From the NCBI RefSeq assembly GCF_004010195.1, contig NC_057744.1, positions 9,376,658 through 9,440,657 of the forward strand: a stretch of 64,000 bases of DNA, written 5' to 3'. Position numbers and translations under genes: made by a program. Position 1 is the stretch's first letter. Every line of letters starts with the position of its first letter. Positions 39,726 to 50,436 of the stretch are shown here, in pieces. Under the pieces are notes generated by a model, which ran no database searches, was not told the origin of the DNA, and was given only the letters and a program-made list of their open reading frames with translations. Origin of the DNA: Chiloscyllium plagiosum. Lineage: Eukaryota.

Positions 39726-41029
39726 CTTGACCATTAATGGGATTGTGTGTGACTGGGGGACGATGGACAATTGAAAATAGTATAATGCTGAAATATATCA
39801 TGTGCCATCTCCCAACAAAATGAGGCATAGTCATCTGCAAAACATCTGAGATACTCAAGATGGGTAGAGGGCACAAAAGAGGCAGGGAATCAATGTACCA
39901 GTTGTATCCTCTGCTTATTAGGTCACTGGCTCATGCTCACCTAATCTATATTACAACTCAAGTGGAATGTTCTGTCCACGCTAAGACATTTGTAATGGGC
40001 ACTGAACGAAGGAATAACATTATAAAAATGAAAGTCAGGTATTTTGTGCTCCAACCCCCAGCACCATTCCAACCTCTTTCTCAATTTGCCCACTCTGCCT
40101 GCCTTGCCCTCTCCCCAGTGCTGGGTACCCCTTTGATACCTGCCCAGAAATACAGTCAGAGAATAACAGGTAGCAATCAAGCCTTCAGCAGGCTGCTGGC
40201 ACCTAGAAATATGGTCGCGGTGCTCCCACACGTCATGTAAGATGAGCCTAGATCAGCAGTAAATTGTATACATAGAATGACCTTGCTTTATCTAGGAAGG
40301 TCGGCCCAATTGTGTCGAGGCACGGAGCCAACAGCACTTGGGTTCTGCATTTAAGCTAACTATCAGTCCCAATCAGTCACCACGTGAGGAATTTCATCTC
40401 CAAACTCTCACATTTTTGTTCCTTTATGTAGTAAGTACACTGTTCTTTAGCTGTTTGCGATTTTATATTAGGTACATGCAAACAGAAAGACTTAGAGCTT
40501 AATGTATTCATTTGCCATCTTTGGTAAACTATATTTTCTGGGGAAGGGGGAAGATCACAAGACAATACATTGGGGGTCTTCCAAGTAATTTATATCAAGG
40601 CACTATTTTATAAGCAGCCTTGTTTTTCTTACAAGCCATCCAGAAAAACCATGGACCACCATTATTAACTTCAAACTATAGGTTAAGGTCCAACTTGTCC
40701 CACTTCAAACAGTCATGGATAAATAGAAAATTACATTCATGTGATTAAAATCTAAAATAAAGACAGGAGATGCTTGAAATCTGCAGAAGGTTTGTAAGCA
40801 TTTGTGAAGAGAGAAATGAACAGATGAATATTTCACATGTCTTCAAGCAATACGCTAGGCTGTCTTCTCTTTCGAGATGCTGCTGCTTTTCCAAACTTGC
40901 ACTCAAGCAAAGCAGTCCAGGGAAATACTCACATCCTTGGAAGCTAATAACAAGCAGAGGGTATCCTCCTAGCTGGTCCATGAGACTAAACATTCTCAGA
41001 TGATGTCCTTTCAAATTCTTCTCTTATTG

Positions 41030-41335
41030 CAGTGATTCAGTTGGCAACACACTTGCCTGAGTCAGATGCCTGTGGTCCCAGCCTAATTCCTGAGACTACA
41101 CTGACACTCCAGTGCAGTACTGAGGGAGTACTACACTGTCAGAGATGCTGTCTTTTCAATCAGATGTTAAACTGATACTCTATTTAGCCTCTCAGATGGA
41201 AGTAAAAGATCCCATGGAATAAGTTGAAAGAATGGCAGAGGCATGTTTATTCCTCAACCAAATAAAACACTCAACCATTAAAACAGATGATCTGGTTATT
41301 ATCACAATGTAGGAACTTGCTATGCACAATTTAAG
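41030..41335 (+). mobile_element. Deu-domain SINE (SacSINE1/AmnSINE1-related)
   Basis: ctgacactccagtgcagtactgagggagt...gatgttaaactga...ctctcagatggaagtaaaagatcccatgg...cctcaacca...aacagatgatctggttattatcac is the Deu core. Confidence 0.75.
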
Positions 41336-41996
41336 AGGAGGCAGTGATGTAATATTGATTTTCCCATGAGGAGGATTGGAGATCCTGTATAATAATGCCA
41401 CACTACAATATGGTACCAGGCTGTTTCTTCCAGGCCCCACAATGAAGATTTCTATCTGGAACTGCATCACCTGCCACAGTTCCTCTGTCTGTCAGCAAGC
41501 TCATGGTTACTAAGAGATGCTGTCAGTCAAATGGCCAGGACAGATCTTGCAAGAGTTTAAAGCTGGTATCACCCTGGGATTAGCTGTCAGTCATCCTTGT
41601 GTGTCCCTTCAGCTGAATCCTCTTAGTTTATATTCTAGCTCTGTTGGTACTTTGCCTCGTTCTCAGGCAAATTCTAAATTGACGTAGTTTAAAAGTTGTC
41701 CAAAAAGGCAAAAGCTTAAGACAAAGACACTTGAACAATTTTGAGAAAATGGCCAAGTCACTGGGGTGTTTATTGAAAATCTCAGATTGTTCTTGCAAAT
41801 TTCCGACATCCAGTCACTCTACTAACAACCAATCCCTGCATACACTCTATTGCAACAGCTTTGTGACTCTATCCTAGCATGGATGAGTAAAATGTGCAGT
41901 CAGCTTAACACTTTGTAACATTGCATGACACAACAACTGCTCCTTGCTGATTTTTATAAAATATTGCTGCCATATTCCTGCCACCCCACCACAACC

Positions 41997-42020
41997 ACCC
42001 CCCCCCCCCCCCCCCCCCCC
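41997..42020. repeat. Poly-C tract
   Basis: A run of more than 20 C. Confidence 0.9.
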
Positions 42021-42944
42021 AACACCCCAACCAAACAACAAACTCCACCTCCAACTCCTGCCAAAGGCTGTGGCTGGATTGTAGCTGGATTTTCTTCTTT
42101 TGAAAGATCTGACAAATTTATTTCTGATTTCTATATTCCACACTGAAAACCACTGGGGAGAAAGCAGTGTTAGTTCTCTACAGATTGTCTGTCTGTGTGG
42201 AGGATGTTTTGCAATAACTTGCTGTTCTTCATGGAGACTGCAGTACTGTATTCTCTGCTTTAATATTCTGATAGTAATTTTGATCTCACGTCCAAAATAA
42301 ATAGGTAAATACATGGATTTCCTTTGGCATTTGTTGTGTAGAGTCTCCATTCAGTTCCTTTATATTGTAGAGCAGCCATTTGTTCTGTCAAAATTTTAGG
42401 TGTACTTTTTTTATATTGTCACACTGGAGGTGCATTTGTGTCCATAGTAACTATTTCTCTCTGTTATATATGTGATTGCAGTGACAATTTGCAGCAGTCT
42501 GATTCTCCCACTAAAATGTCTTGAAAAAAGACTATTAGGCCCATACATTGTCTGATAGCGCATTCTTTACCAATCCACAAGCAATTTCCTGTTCCCCACA
42601 TTTTAGAAAGGGAGAAAAAGATCAAGAATCACATTCAGCAATGCATAATTTCCTCTTTTCTACTTCGGATATGAGCATTGCTGGCCGTGCTTCTGTCTTA
42701 TTTGTTGCCCAACTCTGATTGAGGGTGGTGATAACCCAATTTGTTCAATTCAATTGAATAATTTGCTAGGGTGTTTTTGAGGGGCAATTGATTGAGTCAA
42801 TCAGACCTCTGTCAATCTGGAGTGATATATAGGGAAATCTAGGTAGGGATTTCAGATTACAATCCTGAAGGTGAACCAGATTGCCTTTTAATAACAGTCT
42901 AGTAGCTTCATAGTCACCATTCCAAATTCTTTAGAATCCTCAGA

Positions 42945-43405
42945 CTTTGAAGCAGCTCATGTTCATATGCAGCAAGATCTGGACCACATATGGACTTGGG
43001 CTGATGAGTGATAAGTAACATCTATGCCATATAAGTCACAGGTAATGGCCATCTCAAATAAGAGTGAATCTCTGAGGGCCTCTTTCTGAATGACCTCTTC
43101 CTCTACTTTAGGGATTCTATGATTCTATGAATCTAACTTTCATCCCTATCTGTTAAATGGCATTATCATTGCTCAATCCCTCACTGTCAACATCCTGGGG
43201 CATTATCATTCATCAGAAGCTGAACTGAACCAGCCACATCAATATTGTGGCTACAAACGTAGATCAGAGGCTAGGAATTCTGTGGCAGGTAGCTCATCTC
43301 CTGACTCACTATGGTTATCCATTATCTACACAGCATAACTCAAGAGTATAATGGAATACTCTCTGCTTGGCTGGATGAATGCAGCTGTGGTAACATTCAA
43401 TATAA
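42945..43405 (+). mobile_element. Old CR1/L2-group LINE RT-downstream fragment
   Basis: atgcagcaagatctggac...tgggctgat...; atctacacagcataactcaagagtataatggaatactct (degenerate YKAQVRSVMEYS). Confidence 0.65.
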
Positions 43406-44499
43406 CCCCATTCTTTTAAGGCCTAGTGACAAGGCAAGCAACTGAGTGACCGAGGTGCATGCATCATTCCCCCTATCAACTCATTTATCACAAATCATTC
43501 CACTGTTTGAAGGACAAATTCCATTCTATCCTCTTAGATACTATTCCACAAGTTGGTTGTCTTTGAAACAAACACAATCTCCACATAGCCAACCTCAGTC
43601 CTACATCCTCAACTCATTTAGGTAACTCTCTATGAGATCTTCTTCTGATTATCCTTAGTCAATGTCCAATACTTTATACCAGGAATATTGTTCAGGGGCA
43701 GAAATCTTTCAGACCAAGGGACCATTAGGTCAATTTTAGACTCTCACTTCTGCAGCTTCTGCAAACAGGTATCCAAACTGGAATATTCCTGGTTTGTATA
43801 GCCTAGTGCAGTAGTGGACTAGTCCATTTACCCACTGATGCACTAACTGAAGATTTATTCAGCATCATGTTCAAGCTGTATCAGTCAGCCCCTATAATGA
43901 ATGCTTATAGATCAGTGATGCCTTGGAATTCCATTTGGCTTTGTTAAGGTTTCAATAGATGCAATGAGGTGAGGTAGTTTTTTAAATTTGTCTTGTGGTT
44001 GTGCCCTGTTGGAAGTCCAAATTGCTGTCACATTGTGGCAGAAAATGATTCATGACAATTATTCGCCATGTTGGTGTCCTAATTTACCACTGCCTACACT
44101 AAGTCACAAGCAGATAGGAAAAATCAAGCTCACCTTTACATGCTTTCAGCATCACATTGATTTTTTGTTGAGTGCAGCTCCAGCAGAGGCCCGGGAAACT
44201 AAAGATCACCTGCCAGGGCATGAAATAGGAACCCTACAGAGGAATATTTCCTTCATCAGCATCTTCCAAATGCCCAACCTCTGCTGCCTAGATGGGCAAG
44301 GGCAGCAAACATATGGAAGTAAATCTGCAAGTTCCCATCCAAATCACTCACCATCCTGATTTGGAAATATGTCACTGTTCCTTCATTGTTGCTGTGTCAA
44401 AATGCTGTAATTCCCTTCAACAGCATTGTCGGGACATGTACATCAAATGCGTTGCTGCTGTTCATTGTGAGAGTTCTTAGAGATGGATAAGAAATGCTC

Positions 44500-44862
44500 A
44501 CCAGTGCAGTGCTGAGGGATTGCTATACTGTTGAAGGCAGTGTCCCTTAGATTACATACTAAACTGAGACACTGTCTGCCCTCTTACTTGAATGCAAATA
44601 AAAATATCATGGCATTTTGTTTTTAAGAAACACAGGGGAGATCCCATAGGTGTCCCAGCAAATACTTAACCCTCAACCAACATCACTAAAATAAAGACCT
44701 GATTAAAAATTAGCATACTGCAGTTTGTGGAACCTTAATGTGTCCAAACTGATTCTTGCATTTTCAATATCAGTGACTGCTACACATCACAAAGCACTTA
44801 ATTGACCAGCAAGCACCTCAGGAAGTCCTGAAGTCATGAAAGGTTTTATATATAAATGCATG
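44500..44862 (+). mobile_element. Deu-domain SINE
   Basis: ccagtgcagtgctgagggattgct...gtctgccctctt...cctcaaccaacatcactaaaa...gtcatgaaaggttttatatataaatgca. Confidence 0.7.
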
Positions 44863-45526
44863 AAGGAAAGTTAATTTGTGCGAGTATGTTATGCAAACAG
44901 ATGACCCCACCTTAAGTTTTTTTCTTTTCTTGATGGATTTAAAAAACATTATTATATTGTAGCAACAAAACACAAATGAACATTTTTTCATAATGACAGG
45001 CGGTCATTTCCTTTTGGACTTTGTGACCTCAACAACCATGATCAAAGATTTATGAACAGTTGCCAATCTGGAGAAATTTCTCTCTGAAGCAGTAATTAGC
45101 CTCCAAATGACCCAGGATGTGCCTTTAGACAGCACTTCCCCGAGAAGATCAGTTAGCATTTCATTTCACAATGTGGCACTCAAGCTGCAATTTCTAAATG
45201 AGAATGAAAATTAGCTTCAAAAATGTAGATTATATCTAGGATTCTTTTTAATGGAGCTAAAACATAAAGTAAACAAAGTTTCATACCATTGGTAGTTTTA
45301 TTAATTATCCTTATTTAATCTTACAATACCAACAAAACTAAAAGAACTGTCCTGACCAAAGTCCTTAATTCCAGTTCTGTTTAATTATTAAGATTGTAAG
45401 TTGGCCATGTTTCTATTAAAGATCCTATTAGCCACGTAGATGTGGTTAGGATCCTGGGGCTACAATCAAATGGTTCTTGAAGTTAGCTATTTCTTCACAT
45501 CACCACACCACCCTCCCCCATGCCCA

Positions 45527-45569
45527 TCACACAGACACACACACGCACACGCATACACACACACACACA
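45527..45569. repeat. (CA)n microsatellite, imperfect
   Basis: cacacagacacacacacgcacacgcatacacacacacacaca. Confidence 0.9.
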
Positions 45570-45868
45570 TCCCCAGTCTTCCCGCTGTGGTTAACTACCA
45601 ATCCTAAAGGTAAACATAAAAAATAAACTGCATAGTTTATCACATCTCAGTAATTAAGCAGAATTAGAGGTTGTAGTTTATCACATCTAAGTTATTTTAG
45701 GGGCCACTTAAATCAGTACTGTTTGGAATTATGCAGCTTTAAGTGTCCATTATGTAGATCATTTTCATGAGTGAAGACCAACATTCGTATTGACTGAAAC
45801 AGAAAATTGGAGCTGGAGAAGGCTATTCAGCCCATCAAGGCAGCCTCACAATTCAACATTGGAGTGAT

Positions 45869-46467
45869 TGTAATAAGGAGAAAGTGAGGACTGCAGATGC
45901 TGGAGATCAGAGCTGAAAATGTGTTGTTGGAAAAGCGCAGCAGGTCAGGCAGCATCCAAGGAGCAGGAGAATCGACGTTTCGGGCATGAGCCCTTTTTTC
46001 CAGCAACACATTTTCAGCTCTGATCTCCAGCATCTGCAGTCCTCACTTTCTCCTCGAAGATTTTAACCTACTGCAAATCCTCTTGCAAGGATGCCTTCCT
46101 TGAAGAAGCTCTCTTCCTCCCTCTACAAGGAATTCAGTGAGTCCCTCTCTCACTGCACACCCCAGGTCATCTCCTCTGCCCAGAAGCTCTTCAGCCACGT
46201 TCTCAAACAGACTCGCTACCACAGCCACATCTCCTTCCTCAGTGATTGTAATAAGGTCAACCAGCTAGACCTCATAGAATACAAGTTTCCTGACTGGGGC
46301 TGTTAATCTGGTCCAATTGGGGAGTCCCGGCTGACACAAAATAGTGTCAGGGACACTGATTGTCTGGTGTCTGACTCTGTATGAGGCAGTACTGTAATCA
46401 GGATTGTTCATTTGTAACTAAAGGGTGACTTGGTGATGGGATAGGGGCCTCTGTGGAGTTATTTCAG
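45869..46467 (+). mobile_element. Solo-LTR-like element of about 220 bp (tgtaataagg...gttatttca), split at its start by a Penelope-like insertion
   Basis: TG...CA termini, with a poly(A)-signal-like aactaaa about 45 bp from the end. No clear TSD of its own. Confidence 0.5.
45877..46240 (+). mobile_element. Penelope-like element fragment: inverted pseudo-LTR, direct pseudo-LTR and ORF start
   Basis: 58-bp inverted repeat (45877-45934 / 45996-46053). ORF start MPSLKKLSSSLYKEF...KQTRYHSHISFLS. Flanked by the direct repeat agtgattgtaataagg (45863-45878, 46241-46256). Confidence 0.8.
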
Positions 46468-46942
46468 ACAGGATCACGGCTGATCACAATCCCATACTCC
46501 CTTTCTCTCCCTCCACCCCTTGACACTCTAGAAATTTATGTTTCTTTCTTAAATATATGCAGTTACTTCGGCTACACAGCCATCTGTGGGAGAGAGTTCC
46601 ACAGTCTCACCACTGTCTGAGTGAAGAAATTTCTCCTCATTTCGTGCTAAAATAGGCTATTGTGTACCCTGAGACTATAATTCTTGTTCTTACCCCCCTC
46701 CTCCCCAAGCTAGGGGAAATATCATCTCCTGTATCCAGTCTATCCAATCCCATCAGAATTTTATGTCTCTTCCAAATTCCAATGAATACAGCCCAGTCGA
46801 CACAATCTCTCTTCATACAATCAGTCTGATGAAACCTCATGGCACTCCCTCTGTGGCAAGTATATCTTTCTTTAGGTAAGGAAACCAAACCTACATAGGA
46901 TTGTCTAGGTGGGGTCTAACAAAGATCCTGTAGAGCATATTC

Positions 46943-47290
46943 TGCAGCCTCACAGTGCCAGGGACCCAGGTTTGATTCCAGCCTTGGATGACTGTCTGCG
47001 TGGAGTTTGCGCATTCTCCTCATGTCTGCGTGGGTTTCCTCCCACAATCCAAAGATGTACAGGTTAGGTGAATTGGCCATGCTAAATTACGCCGTAGTGT
47101 CCAATGATGTGCAGGCTAGGTGGGTTAGCCATGGGAAATGCAGAGTTACAAGGATAGGATGGTGATGGCGGTGGAGATAGGAAGGGGGGGCAGGATTTGA
47201 CTTTGGGGGCAAAGATTCCCTTGGAGTGTCGGTGTGGTCTTGATGGGCTAAACGTCCTGCTTCCACACCGTAGGGATTCTATGATTCTCT
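46943..47290 (+). mobile_element. HE1-type V-SINE (older subfamily)
   Basis: gcctcacagtgccagggacccaggtttgattcca...gcgtggagtttgcgcattctcc...ttccacaccgtagggattctatgattct. Confidence 0.85.
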
Positions 47291-47461
47291 AAGTCAGCAG
47301 TCTGAAGGTACAATCTCAGTTAAGAGAATTAAGAGTAGTAACCCATTGGAATAAAGTACCACTCAACATTTGGGATGGGATTTTCAAACTAGTTGGCTTC
47401 TCCAGATCTTCAGATTTTGCAGCACTATTCAAAGAAAAGATTGCCCTACTGTTTCTTCATT

Positions 47462-47890
47462 ATGTAGATATTTTTAATCAAACTTTTCAGGCACATCTTT
47501 GGAACAGGTGGGACAGAACCCATGGTCTCCTGATCCAGAGATAGAGACATTATTATTAACATAGGAGCTCTTTGACAATTGTGCACATATTTTCTAACCA
47601 ACCTGTTCAGAAATGTCATTACACACCTTTGGAGCAGATGGGATTGAAATGCAAACCTTCAAGCTCAGACATAGGGAGACTTGCATTGTGCCATAAGAGC
47701 CCCAGTGGGCAGCCAGCAGTACTTATAGATATTTCCTAATCAACCTGAGATATAGAGATGGTAATATAAAGACGGACATATAGTGTTGGAGATCTAGAGA
47801 TGTTATTACATACCACTGGAGCAGGTGGGCTTAAACCTGGACGTCCTGAATCAGAGATAGGGGCATTACGACTGCACCAAACAAGCCCTT
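47462..47890 (-). repeat. Tandem trimer of the same tRNA-derived unit as 11715-12075
   Basis: Three diverged units (gatattt..taa.caacctg...ggagcaggtggg.tt.aacc...tcagagataggg.ca...gagccc). The third carries a roughly 45-bp insertion. Confidence 0.7.
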
Positions 47891-48797
47891 TATCATTCTG
47901 TATAAATTGGGTATTAATTGTATTCATGCAATGGGCATTAATTGGACACCCACCTATATTCATAAACAAACTCTGTAATTGAAGGAAGACTAAACACTAA
48001 CATTCTATTTGATGTTATAATTATCTAGTCCATTGTTCATATGTTTTCATACACAATTTTCAGTTACGGGAATCAAAATTTAACAGTAGAAAATTAAAAA
48101 GGACATCAAAAATATTTTTTATTGTACAAATTCAAACAAAGCAAACAAAACCAATTTTGTCAATAATTAGGTGTTTGGGAAAAGTACCAAGAAGTGAGCA
48201 GTCATTGAGGCATGCTGTGTCTGAGAGGCTTTGAAGGCATTCTTGGTCAATTCTTCGAGAGTGAAGAAATGGAATTCCTTTGGAGGGAAGAGTATTTTAA
48301 TGAGGTTTGGTGATTCACAGTGTCACAAACAACTGGTTGGAATCTGTCTTGACCACATCAACCATTTAAAATGTTGAGGGCCGTTTGACCACAGTTTGTG
48401 TGATAATGCATGTCTGCCCTGTGGCAATCCTAAATGTTTGAGACCATATTGTATACCCATGGTTTAGAATCATTATCTTACCTATTCAGTGTATTTGTCA
48501 TTATCAGTCATATTAATTTGGTTCCAGTTTGTATAATTAAGGGCAGAATCTTATAGTGTCCTGAACAATGTGGACTGTGGTGCAATTTGTGACCAAGTTG
48601 CATGGGAATTCTGCTGTGGCCAACTCGATGTCAGGACCATATTTTGTAAATCTGCTGTGTGGCATGGTTAGTTTCTGGTTAGGTGGCAATGAGTTACCCA
48701 ACTGAAAAGGTTTTTAGGTTGTTAAACGCCTTATTGACAGCACAACTCACCTTATCAATTTTCGGTTTTCCTATCTTACCTAACGTGCTGAACAAGC

Positions 48798-48903
48798 TCA
48801 ACATGGAAATCAGAGCAGGTACCCAGGGACTTGAGGTCTCTGCTTGCTCCATGTTGAGCAGAGAGCTCACGTCCCTGGGTACCTGCTCTGATTTCCATGT
48901 TGA
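48798..48903. repeat. 47-bp inverted repeat with a 12-nt loop
   Basis: 48798-48844 pairs with 48857-48903 with two mismatches. NMEIRAGTQG appears in ORFs on both strands. Confidence 0.92.
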
Positions 48904-48984
48904 ACACCGTACCAATATTCTCAGAGCACACTCCATGTGCACTAACCACACACACCCCATGTTCACAGACGGTGACATCCAACA

Positions 48985-49275
48985 TAGGTGGTATAGGTTT
49001 AAGGTGAGAGGGGAAAGATTTAAAGGGACCTAAGGGATAACTTTTTCAGGGAGAGCGTGTTGAGTGTATGGAATGAGCTGCCAGAGGATGTCGTGGAAGC
49101 TGGTACAATTACAACATTTAAAAGGCACCTGGATAAGTATATGATTATAAAAGGTTTAGAGGGGCATGGGCCAAATGCTGACAAGTAGGCTTGGATTAAT
49201 TTAAGATAGCTGTTTGACATGGTTGAATTGGACCAAAGGGTCTGTTTCCATGCTGTACATCTCGATGACTCTATG
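48985..49275 (+). mobile_element. CR1-clade LINE 3' end
   Basis: aggtttaaggtgagaggggaaagattt...ggaatgagctgccagagg...gatgactctat. Confidence 0.9.
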
Positions 49276-49618
49276 TGCCAGCAACACAGGAGCCTCATGG
49301 CACATCTCCCATCCACTTATAGTACACTTCTGCACTTCAACACTGTTCCCCAGGGGTGAAACAGTAACTCCTGCTGCAAAGGCTTTCTGCACTCGGGAAC
49401 TCATATTCAGTTCATGGGCTGGACCAGGCTGTATCTCCAGCTTGTTTACACTCACTCTCACTGAAGCTACCTGGATGCTCACTGCATCCTTGCCTTGATT
49501 GGCCTTGCCTTGATTGGCCTTGCCTTCCTGTGCTTTTCCCCTTCAGCTAGAGATACCAGACTCATGTGTGGTCATGTGTTTTAATGCAGACACAAAACCA
49601 AGAAGTTGTTATGGCTGT

Positions 49619-49736
49619 CAAAGTTGAAAATCACACAACAGCAGTTTATAGTCCAACAGGTTTATTTGAAAGTACAAGTGTACTTCAAAATAAACCTTTT
49701 GGACTATAACCTGCTGTTGTGTGATTTTCAACTTTG
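49619..49736. repeat. Fold-back (58-bp arms, 2-nt spacer) of a Penelope-like terminal sequence
   Basis: 49619-49676 is the reverse complement of 49679-49736 with about 4 mismatches. Same family as 54893-55024 and 61155-61232. Confidence 0.88.
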
Positions 49737-49859
49737 TCCACCACCATCTAATTACCGGCACCCCCATATTATGGTTGTCAGCAGTCCTCAGTCAAGTGAA
49801 GGAAGACAGCTTTCACACTGGGGTGCGCTGGCACACTGAGACAAGGGCAGCTTCCTATA

Positions 49860-50436
49860 CAAGTCTCGGGGATGAGGAGCCAATTGTAAGGCAATCCACC
49901 ACCCATCTTGCCTCTTTCTGTCCTGTTGTGGGCTGTTTTCCACCTGGAATGAGAGAAAAGCAGGTTTTAAAGGAAATTAAAGTGGGTGGCACAGCTGTTA
50001 CTGTCTGTGGAGATGGGGAAGTCTCCCAAGTGAGTGAGTAGTCAGCACAGAAGGCAGGCAAGTTAGTGGTATCAGACATTGGGGTGGGTGATAATGAGTA
50101 AGAAAAGATGTAATAGGCAACAGTGAGTATGGTACGGCATGAGTCTTGTTGGGAGGTGGATACAGTTGCACAGATAAAGTGAATGATAGCTGAGAGATTA
50201 TGTTGGCATTTACGCTGATAAAGTGGAAAAGGACATTGACTTTATTACTTTATTGCTGGGCAGTCCTCCAGATGGCTGAGATTGTACGAGCTAGGGCAAG
50301 CTGGCATCGTGTGCTGTCCTTGCCTCCCCTGGAGGTACTGGGAGAAGAAGATGTCCCACCTCTGTATCACACCATCCAATAAGGCTTCCAGATTCCTATG
50401 CACAAAGCAAGACACCAAATTTTCCTTGTCTACCAT
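49860..50436 (-). pseudogene. Harbinger-type Myb/SANT DNA-binding protein gene remnant (two exons)
   Basis: Exon 1 (50436-50214): MVDKENLVSCFVHRNLEALLDGVIQRWDIFF..., then after a frameshift ISAIWRTAQQ*SNKVNVL, then a GT donor. Exon 2 from 49943, after tctctcattccag: KTAHNRTERGKMGGGLP. Confidence 0.65.

Larger units (their letters stand above)
45795..46930 (-). mobile_element. CR1-group LINE 3' end carrying nested insertions
   Basis: Tail gaaacagaaaattggagctggagaaggctattcagccc at the left. It resumes after 46467 with gagagttccacag..., gagtgaagaaatttctcctc, ggaaaccaaacc. Confidence 0.65.

Noticed and set aside
41874-42350. 158-aa ORF with poly-Gly
   Set aside because: The Gly run comes from the poly-C tract; no homology or splice context is evident.
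49488-49526. 15-bp tandem repeat containing CCAAT boxes
   Set aside because: A short slippage duplication within transposon-derived sequence, with no promoter context.
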